Shown here piece after piece: positions 17,129 through 24,310 of a stretch of DNA of 27,194 bases. The position numbers were made by a program, and so were the translations under genes. The stretch comes from an uncultured Candidatus Saccharibacteria bacterium (lineage in GTDB: Bacteria; Patescibacteriota; Minisyncoccia; Phycocordibacterales; Phycocordibacteraceae). The stretch lies in NCBI GenBank assembly GCA_964626715.1, contig CAZVGP010000002.1:1-27194 (forward strand), written 5' to 3'. The notes beneath the pieces were generated by a model. The model made no database searches. It was not told the origin of the DNA and was given only the letters and a program-made list of their open reading frames with translations. Numbering within the stretch: the stretch's first letter is position 1; each line of letters opens with the position of its first letter.

Positions 17129-18265
17129 ATGCGAAAAATAAAAGTCGTCACGGTCATCGGAACTCGACCAGAAATCATCAAGCTCTCGGAGGTGATCAAA
17201 GAGCTCGACCGGCATGCCGAGCATATCCTTGTCCATACCGGGCAGAATTACGACCACGAGCTCAACGAGATTTTCTTCAAGGATCTGGGCTTGCGAAAGC
17301 CTGATTATTTTCTCGATGCTGCCGGCACAAGCGCGGCGGAGTTGGTTGCGAACGCTATTGTGCGCGTCGATGAGGTTTTGAAGAAAGAGAAGCCAGACGC
17401 GTTCCTGGTCTTGGGTGATACGAATAGCGCTGTTTCGGCGTACGCCGCAAAGCGGCGGAAGGTCCCCATCTTTCACATGGAGGCGGGGAACCGCTGTTTC
17501 GATATGCGCGTACCGGAAGAAGTAAACCGTCGCGTCATCGATCATATGAGCGATATCAACCTGCCCTACAGCGACATTGCCAGGGACAATCTCTTGCGCG
17601 AGGGCCTGCCATCAGACCGCATCGTGAAGACCGGCTCGCCGATGCGTGAGGTGCTCACGGTCCACAAAGGAGCAATCGATGCTTCAAAGGTTCTTTCAAA
17701 ACTTTCGCTTTCGCCTCGGGGATATTTCGTCCTCTCCCTTCATCGTGAGGAGAACGTTGACAATCCGGAGCATCTAAAACGCCTTGTTGCCATCATTGCA
17801 TCCATTGCAAAAACATATAAGAAACCGATCATCTTTTCTGTGCATCCGCGTACGAAGAAGCGTCTTGAGGAAGGGAAGATACTGTTTCCACCAGAGGTTC
17901 AAGTGATGAAACCGCTCGGCTTCTTCGATTACGTGCATCTCGAGGAGAATGCCTTCTGCGTCCTTTCCGACTCGGGAACCATCAGCGAGGAATCAGCGAT
18001 GTTGAATTTTCCTGGTATCTCTTTGCGGGAAACACATGAGCGGCATGAGGCTATCGAAGAAGGATCATTCATCCTCGCAGGTCTCAATCCCGAACGTGTT
18101 CTGCAGGCTGTCGACGTCGCCATCGGTCAACAGCGCGGGAGCGAGCGCGATTTCAAAATCCCAGCGGATTACGATGCTCCCAATGTTTCAAAAAAGGTGC
18201 TGCGTACCATCATCAGTTACACCGACTACGTCAAGCGCGTGGTGTGGTCGGAGACAGGCTTTTGA
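17129..18265 (+). CDS. fnlC: Non-hydrolysing UDP-HexNAc 2-epimerase (FnlC/WbjD/CapG)
   Basis: GTRPEIIKLS, HTGQNYD.ELNE.FF.DL, LGDTNS, HMEAGNRCFD.RVPEE.NR, LSDSGTISEES. Confidence 0.93.
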   Translation: MRKIKVVTVIGTRPEIIKLSEVIKELDRHAEHILVHTGQNYDHELNEIFFKDLGLRKPDYFLDAAGTSAAELVANAIVRVDEVLKKEKPDAFLVLGDTNSAVSAYAAKRRKVPIFHMEAGNRCFDMRVPEEVNRRVIDHMSDINLPYSDIARDNLLREGLPSDRIVKTGSPMREVLTVHKGAIDASKVLSKLSLSPRGYFVLSLHREENVDNPEHLKRLVAIIASIAKTYKKPIIFSVHPRTKKRLEEGKILFPPEVQVMKPLGFFDYVHLEENAFCVLSDSGTISEESAMLNFPGISLRETHERHEAIEEGSFILAGLNPERVLQAVDVAIGQQRGSERDFKIPADYDAPNVSKKVLRTIISYTDYVKRVVWSETGF

Positions 18266-18270
18266 CCGCA

Positions 18271-19194
18271 TCAGTGTGTCTGAGAAATCAAAAGAAGAAT
18301 GTCCTGAGGTATCGGTTTTTTTATCTCGATTTCGAATTCTTGCGCCGAAGGGGAAATTTTCATAGCTCTCAAACCGGTGCCCGCTATGAGTGGTCCACCG
18401 TTCCAGTTATGATTTAAATCTTGCGGATAGAGAACTGATAATTGGCACGAAGAAGCGCTTAAAAGATCAGCAATTCCGCTCCTGACCGTGACCACCTTTC
18501 CTGCTACTTCGGCTAAAGCGTAGAGCATCGGAGATGGAAAAGAAACTCGCTGAAAATCCTCACGAATCGCAGTGTCGTTGCCCGCTGAACTTATTAACAC
18601 ATCCCATCCTGTGTCTGCCAGTTGTTCGCATAGTAGTTCCGTTTGTACGTCTGAAAGACTCGAAGACGAGCGGGCCTTTGGAAATACGAGTGCGGTTTTA
18701 CCCGGCTTGGCCGAATGCTCGATGAGAAAATGCTCTGCCCCACTTACTTCTTGGGCGGTAGTTTTTCGCGGGAGAGAAACGCGTGTTTCCTGCGGCAAGT
18801 CTAAAAGCGCACGGTAGCAATCAAGCAGGGTGATGCTCTTGTACCCGATGAGGCGCGTGATGTCTTTGCGAGCGAAATGCCCGTAGGACAAGCGGCCTTT
18901 TTGAAACGGACGATTACGCATCCACGACACATCCCATGTGGAAGGAAGAGCGGCATGCCGCAACGCGGGGAAAAGAGCCGGAATGAATTGCTGTTCGGCT
19001 GATGTATATATGGTACAGGTCCGTCCGCCGTGTTCTGAGAGCAAGGATTCCGCGAGACTGGAGAGCAGATAGGTGTCTCCTATTCCGGCCGGGCAGATAA
19101 TCGCCCACTCGTCTTCAGCGACGCGGTGTCGTAGTTCGAAGAGAAGCGGTTTCCACTTTTCAAGAAAGCGTTTGATGCGCTGTACGGAGGGCAT
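18271..19194 (-). CDS. Probable GT9 (heptosyltransferase-fold)-like glycosyltransferase
   Basis: AIICPAGIGDTYLL resembles the GT9 N-terminal (S/G)IGD motif; VVTVRSGIADL resembles the GT9 V..DSG..H.A motif. Start placed at ATG 19194 to avoid overlap with the divergent gene. Confidence 0.55.
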   Translation of the reverse strand: MPSVQRIKRFLEKWKPLLFELRHRVAEDEWAIICPAGIGDTYLLSSLAESLLSEHGGRTCTIYTSAEQQFIPALFPALRHAALPSTWDVSWMRNRPFQKGRLSYGHFARKDITRLIGYKSITLLDCYRALLDLPQETRVSLPRKTTAQEVSGAEHFLIEHSAKPGKTALVFPKARSSSSLSDVQTELLCEQLADTGWDVLISSAGNDTAIREDFQRVSFPSPMLYALAEVAGKVVTVRSGIADLLSASSCQLSVLYPQDLNHNWNGGPLIAGTGLRAMKISPSAQEFEIEIKKPIPQDILLLISQTH

Positions 19195-19267
19195 TTTTTG
19201 TTTTGGAAGTACATGGTACCATCGGTATGTCTTTTTTCTAAGCTGATTGTCGGCAGGGGTTTGCATT

Positions 19268-20797
19268 ATGGACAGTTACATTATTGTTCAAGCAGGAGGG
19301 CAGGGAACGCATCTTCGGCCGTTGACGAACAACAAGCCGAAAGCGCTTGTTTCGGTTCGCGGCGAGCCGATGCTTTTGCATCTTATGCGCCGGAATCCCC
19401 AGGCGGAGTTTCTCATCATCGCGTATTATAAGAAAGATATTTTGCGCAGGTATCTCTCGCATTTTGCGAAAGAATTCAATTATCGGATTATTGATCGCGA
19501 AAAAGATGCGACAAGTGCAGGAATCGCACATGCGTTAGAATATATCCCAGACGACACCCCTTTTGTTATTACGTGGTGCGACTTGTGGTATGAGGATCTC
19601 GTGCACCCGGCGCACCTCGACGTAGTAAAAAACAACTACATCGGCCTCTCAAAAACTTTTTCTTGCCGATGGAGTTTTAACAATGACAGCCTTGTTGAAA
19701 AACCCAGTGCTACAGAAGGGATTGCTGGCGTTTTTTTATTTAAGGATAAGAAAGAAATAGCAGATGTTCCCGAAAACGCGGAGTTCTGTGCATACCTGCG
19801 CCAAAAAGGCATCCGTTTTCATCCCTATCATCTTGAAAATGTCGTTGAGATCGGAACGATGGAAGCCTACCGACGCTATTCTGAGTCATTCGCTTATACA
19901 CGGCCGTTCAATTCGATTTCTTTTGAGAGTGATTGGGTCATCAAGCAGTCGTTGGGAGAGCAAGGAAATACTCTCGCACGGCACGAGTCAGATTGGTACC
20001 GCCATACAGCTCGGTTTGATTTTAACTTCATTCCAAAAGTGTTTTCGTTCGCACCTCTGATATTGGAGCGTATACAAGGCATTCCGCTCGGGTATGCGGA
20101 CGTGCCTCTTGAGAGAAAAGAGCACGTTCTCGTGGAAGCCCTTCGTCACTTGCAGTTGCTACATGCGGCAGATGGCGTGAACGTGCCGAATGCATATGAA
20201 AATAACTGCGAGGCGATACTTCATAAAACAAAGCGTCGTTTGGACTCAGTCATAGATCTCGTTCCGTATAGCGCGGACGACGCCATAATTATAAACGGGC
20301 GCAGATGCGTGAACTTCTATACCTCGTGGGAACTCGTTGAACGGATGTGCGAGCCGTATTTGCACGAATCAGCGTATCGGCTCATTCATGGGGATCCGAC
20401 ATTTTCAAATACTCTCTACGATGCCGGGTCAGGAAAAACCTACCTCATCGATCCGCGCGGGTACTATGGCGCGGTAGAGCTCTATGGCGACCCCGCGTAT
20501 GACTGGGCAAAAGTGTATTATTCGATCGCGGGCAATTATGATCAGTTTAACCGAAAGAATTTCAGGCTTAGTTTCGATGGGGGTGGCGCGGAACTTTCTA
20601 TCGCTTCAAACGGATGGGAAGAGACAGCCGATGTGTTTTTCAGCGAGACCAAGGCCGATCCGCGCAAGGTACGCCTATTCCATGCCATCATCTGGCTTTC
20701 ACTCGCGAGCTATGCATGGGATGATTATGACTCCATCTGCGGAGCGTTCTATAATGGTATTCAGTTGTTGATGAAATGCTATGAAGAAACATTTTAG
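19268..20797 (+). CDS. Sugar-phosphate nucleotidyltransferase fused to an APH/choline-kinase-like phosphotransferase
   Basis: N-terminal IVQAGGQGTHLRPLT.NKPKALV and TWCD. C-terminal IHGDPTFSN (Brenner motif) and LIDPRG. Start at ATG 19268. Confidence 0.85.
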   Translation: MDSYIIVQAGGQGTHLRPLTNNKPKALVSVRGEPMLLHLMRRNPQAEFLIIAYYKKDILRRYLSHFAKEFNYRIIDREKDATSAGIAHALEYIPDDTPFVITWCDLWYEDLVHPAHLDVVKNNYIGLSKTFSCRWSFNNDSLVEKPSATEGIAGVFLFKDKKEIADVPENAEFCAYLRQKGIRFHPYHLENVVEIGTMEAYRRYSESFAYTRPFNSISFESDWVIKQSLGEQGNTLARHESDWYRHTARFDFNFIPKVFSFAPLILERIQGIPLGYADVPLERKEHVLVEALRHLQLLHAADGVNVPNAYENNCEAILHKTKRRLDSVIDLVPYSADDAIIINGRRCVNFYTSWELVERMCEPYLHESAYRLIHGDPTFSNTLYDAGSGKTYLIDPRGYYGAVELYGDPAYDWAKVYYSIAGNYDQFNRKNFRLSFDGGGAELSIASNGWEETADVFFSETKADPRKVRLFHAIIWLSLASYAWDDYDSICGAFYNGIQLLMKCYEETF

Positions 20798-21371
20798 ACA
20801 GCAAATCGATACTCTCGATAAAACGTGCGAGCGTTTTGATGAAGCGATTTCCAATCGTTTGCTTGAAGACTGCATGCGTACCATCCGAAACGGCGGTTCG
20901 ATCATCGCGACCGCTCTGGGAAAGAACGTGCCGCTTTGCGAAAAGTTTGTCGGTACCCTGAATTCGCTCTCGATAGCTGCGCATTTCATGCATTCGAATT
21001 CGGCGGTTCACGGCGACCTCGGCGTGGTTGCGGATGGAGATCTGGTCATTACGCTCTCAAAGAGCGGCGAAACGGAAGAGACCATCCAGCTTGCGCGGCT
21101 CCTTGAAAAAATAAAAACCACTAATTGGCTTCTCACCTGCCGCGCAGGGTCCACTGCGGGGAAGATTCTCGGCAATGAGCTCGTTTTTGAAATCCTTTCC
21201 GAAGGCGATCCTTGGGACAAGATTCCCAATAATTCAAGCATCGTGTTTCTCGTATTTCTGCAAGCGCTTTCCATGGAACTTGTAGACCGGCTTTCAATCC
21301 CGCTGGAGGTCTTCAAAAGAAACCATCCTGGTGGGGCTATCGGGGCGTCATTCAAAACGCATGGAACTTAA
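20781..21371 (+). CDS. Stand-alone SIS-domain sugar-phosphate isomerase, KpsF/KdsD/GutQ-like, without CBS domains
   Basis: TALGK, AVHGDLG, LSKSGET.E, and FKRNHPGGAIG (the arabinose-5-phosphate isomerase C-terminal HPGG motif). Confidence 0.82.
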   Translation: MKKHFRQQIDTLDKTCERFDEAISNRLLEDCMRTIRNGGSIIATALGKNVPLCEKFVGTLNSLSIAAHFMHSNSAVHGDLGVVADGDLVITLSKSGETEETIQLARLLEKIKTTNWLLTCRAGSTAGKILGNELVFEILSEGDPWDKIPNNSSIVFLVFLQALSMELVDRLSIPLEVFKRNHPGGAIGASFKTHGT

Positions 21372-21723
21372 GCTGTCTGTCGCCCAGCCGAAGCTCTGGC
21401 TTTTGGATGTCGATGGCGTCATCTTCATCCATAACAGCCATCTTGAAGGCGAAGACCGTCTCGTTCCGGGTATCAAAGCGTTTCTTAGCCAGACACGTCC
21501 GGAAGACACGGTTATCCTCTTTACTGCCCGTAAAGTCGAGTATCGGACAGTAACTGAATCATCTCTGCGTGCCTATGGCGTGCGCTACGATCAGATTTTT
21601 TTTGATATGCCGATGGGGGAACGCATTCTCGTGAATGATGAGAAAAGCGATGGCACAAAGACGGCCTTTGCGATAAGCGTGCCGCGCGATTCATTTCCCG
21701 TTATTGTGGTAAAGCGTGCGTAG
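21361..21723 (+). CDS. Small cap-less HAD-family phosphatase
   Basis: WLLDVDGVI (DxD), ILFTAR, ILVNDE. Start at ATG 21361, overlapping the SIS gene end. Confidence 0.75.
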   Translation: MELKLSVAQPKLWLLDVDGVIFIHNSHLEGEDRLVPGIKAFLSQTRPEDTVILFTARKVEYRTVTESSLRAYGVRYDQIFFDMPMGERILVNDEKSDGTKTAFAISVPRDSFPVIVVKRA

Positions 21724-22870
21724 GGTCTCCGAACGCCTGAAGCGCTTGGGAGAAAGCTCGTGCGTTTTTTGAGAGGTCAAAATCGCGCACAAACGTTGCC
21801 CGGGCGTTTTCTATGAGTTTTGCAGCATGGTGCTTGTCCATCAGTAATTTTCGTATCGCGCTTTGAAGCGCGGATTGATTTTCGGTATCAACGACCTCTG
21901 CGAATCCGTTCTTGCGCGCATAACCCGCGAGGAAGCTTTCTGCCGGCGCATGGACGAGAATGGGCCGCCCCGAAATCAGGTACTCCGACGTCTTTCCGGG
22001 TGTCGCGGTGTTAATCACATCCGGCGCGTTTGTATGCCACGAAAGCGGAAGCAGGAGTATATCGGTGCTCGATTGGATAGCTGACATTTCAGAAGGAGAT
22101 GCCGATGCGAATCTTACGCGCGGTTCATCTGCGAATTTCTTTTCAAGTTGTGTTATGTGGCGCGTGGTATAGAGGGTTATTCGTACCTCGATGTCAGTCA
22201 TATTTCTGATTGCGCGGATGACATTGAGCACACTTCTTTCTTGCGCCCAGTAGATATTCCCCGTGTACAGTATCTCGTACGATTTCGGATGCGATGAGCG
22301 TTCGGACTGTGCGACAGCGTGCGGTAATAGGGTATTCGTAATCACTATGCAATGAAGCTGTTTTCCATATCGTTCACGATACATCTGCGCGTGGGCTTCA
22401 TTCGGGACTATGAGGAAAGCCGCTTTTCTAAGAAGCATCGGTTCGAAACAAAAGGCGAGCTGGTCCAGCGGAAATCCGAAGCGGTTGCCTTTGTACGGGT
22501 CGAAGAGATAGAGCGCGTATGGTTTACCGGTTATCTTTGACAAGATCCATGTGAGCACGAGCGCATGCCCTTTATCGCTCAATCCGATAAGGACTTCTAT
22601 ATCTTCACGGTAAATAATTTGTCTGCCATATCGCACAGTGTCGAAGAGAGACCCTATGAAGGTTCTGGTGCGATTGAAATAAAAGTATCGCCCGGGAAGT
22701 CTTGCTCCAGAAAGCGAAGAGCCTGCTGCCTTATCGGTAGTGAAGATAGCATATGAAGAAGGGTCAAAATTTGCGAAAAGCCGTTCAAAAAATAACGGGC
22801 TTGCGCCGCGCATCGGCGGGGCCCAAGAAGATATGACGAGGATTTTTTTTGGCAAGCGGATATTACGCAT
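21701..22870 (-). CDS. Glycosyltransferase, GT4-like (GT-B)
   Basis: ILVISSWAPP, ILYTGNIY, TPGKTSEYLISGRPILV. Its 3' end overlaps the convergent HAD gene by 23 nt. Confidence 0.82.
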   Translation of the reverse strand: MRNIRLPKKILVISSWAPPMRGASPLFFERLFANFDPSSYAIFTTDKAAGSSLSGARLPGRYFYFNRTRTFIGSLFDTVRYGRQIIYREDIEVLIGLSDKGHALVLTWILSKITGKPYALYLFDPYKGNRFGFPLDQLAFCFEPMLLRKAAFLIVPNEAHAQMYRERYGKQLHCIVITNTLLPHAVAQSERSSHPKSYEILYTGNIYWAQERSVLNVIRAIRNMTDIEVRITLYTTRHITQLEKKFADEPRVRFASASPSEMSAIQSSTDILLLPLSWHTNAPDVINTATPGKTSEYLISGRPILVHAPAESFLAGYARKNGFAEVVDTENQSALQSAIRKLLMDKHHAAKLIENARATFVRDFDLSKNARAFSQALQAFGDPTHALPQ

Positions 22871-24137
22871 GGCGGCGGGTCAGCATGTTCCACTGAATAC
22901 TTACAATGACAAGCGCGGCTATGATTTGGAGGTAGACGCTCACGATGACGCCCCACAAACCAAAAAGGGGGATGAAAAGAACGGCTGAAAGGATAAGCAA
23001 CGATTGCGGGACGTTCGACCAGTAGAACCATGATTTCGGTATCAGGTGTATTTTCGATTGTCCGACTGCGGTGAAGAAGGTAAGCGGCAACTGTAGGCAG
23101 AGTGTGAATGCGAACGCGATTGAGATCGGTATCGCCGTAACGTATTTTGGAAAAAGAATAGGGAAAAGGATCGGTGCGGCGAAGGCATAGAGGGCCGCAG
23201 TGCCGAAGCCGATTGCAAAGAGGATTACGAGCCGATGCACGAGAAGCCCGTTGATTTCCTTGATGGATCGGTGCGTGAGCTTAGGGAGGGCGAGCGGCGC
23301 TACGTTCTTGAACGAAGCGCGCAGCTGGTCTATGGGAGCGGTGGCGAGCGTATAGAGGGCGACGGGCGCAGCACCCAAGAAGTGGAAGATGAGGAAGCTG
23401 TCAATGTTCGACACAACATTTGTGAGAACCCCGATGAAACTCAAATGTTTTCCTTGCGCAATGATTTCCGGGTCATCCTCCGCGTTGGGAGGAAATTTTG
23501 CCATCGTGATGCGGTGGAAGAAATATCGAAGCGCTGTCCACGAAGCGAAATAGGCGGTAAGGATAAGAAAAAGATTCCCTGAAAAATACAGCGCTGCCGC
23601 CATGATAGCGGTTGCGATGCCTTGGCTTACCGCATAGTAACGGATCGCTTCTCCGAACAGCTTCTTGCTCTGAAGATAGACGTTATAGAGCCCCAAGGGA
23701 TCCATAAGGGGAATGAAGATGCCCGCGATAAAGAAGGCAAAGGCAAGCGCGGCGTTCCCCGCGAAGTAATAGTAGAGCGCGAGCGCGATGCTCGCGATGA
23801 GGCCGAGCATTCCCCAGCGAATCTTCACGCGAAGCGACGTCAGAAACGCCCCCTCTTTCCCGCGGGCGATCCCTTGAGCAAGCGGGGTATTGATGCCGGT
23901 CAGGGTGAAGGCGGAAAGCATGCTCACAACTGACAGGACATACTTATAGGTTCCGTAGGTTTCTTTCGGGATGAGGTTTGCGAAAAGGATTGCCAAGGTG
24001 AAGGACGAGAGGGAAGCGGCAAGCTGCCCCAATCCGAGCCATGAACCGCCTCTCATGAGATACCGCACATCGGTTTTCAGGCAACGTTCGCTCCAGCGAA
24101 GCCACGTCTCTCGGCGAGTTTCTGGTTCTTTAAACAC
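22863..24137 (-). CDS. wzx: Wzx-type oligosaccharide flippase
   Basis: About 12 TM segments with the pattern FANLIPKETYGTYKYVLS and ALYTLA. Start placed at GTG 24137, preceded by agggaag; the track start at 24293 runs through element D. Confidence 0.85.
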   Translation of the reverse strand: MFKEPETRRETWLRWSERCLKTDVRYLMRGGSWLGLGQLAASLSSFTLAILFANLIPKETYGTYKYVLSVVSMLSAFTLTGINTPLAQGIARGKEGAFLTSLRVKIRWGMLGLIASIALALYYYFAGNAALAFAFFIAGIFIPLMDPLGLYNVYLQSKKLFGEAIRYYAVSQGIATAIMAAALYFSGNLFLILTAYFASWTALRYFFHRITMAKFPPNAEDDPEIIAQGKHLSFIGVLTNVVSNIDSFLIFHFLGAAPVALYTLATAPIDQLRASFKNVAPLALPKLTHRSIKEINGLLVHRLVILFAIGFGTAALYAFAAPILFPILFPKYVTAIPISIAFAFTLCLQLPLTFFTAVGQSKIHLIPKSWFYWSNVPQSLLILSAVLFIPLFGLWGVIVSVYLQIIAALVIVSIQWNMLTRRHA

Positions 24138-24195
24138 AGCTTCCCTACATACTAGCGCGCCTTGATGAGGGTTTCGATGCCTCTCGGCAAGGATC

Positions 24196-24301
24196 GTATA
24201 CCTCATGAGAGGAGTTCGAGAGGGATAGGCGTATGCAAATTCCATACCCGGTGCCCGCCGTACGTCTGCTCCTCTTCCGGTTTTTTCTCTCACGGGGTAT
24301 A
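24196..24301. mobile_element. D: inverted-repeat-bounded insert with GTATA direct repeats in the wzx/ligase divergent intergenic region
   Basis: IR atacctcatgagag (24198-24211) / ctctcacggggtat (24287-24300), 12/14 match. GTATA at 24196-24200 and 24297-24301. Confidence 0.6.
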
Positions 24302-24303
24302 GT
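24298..24303 (+). promoter_or_regulatory. -10-like TATAGT, 7 nt upstream of ATG 24311 (possible leaderless promoter)
   Basis: ggggTATAGTaggcggcATG. Confidence 0.45.
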
Positions 24304-24310
24304 AGGCGGC

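Noticed and set aside
20781-21723. Kdo biosynthesis (kdsD plus kdsC)
   Set aside because: There is no KdsA synthase or KdsB-type cytidylyltransferase in the window, and the HAD lacks KdsC-specific motifs.
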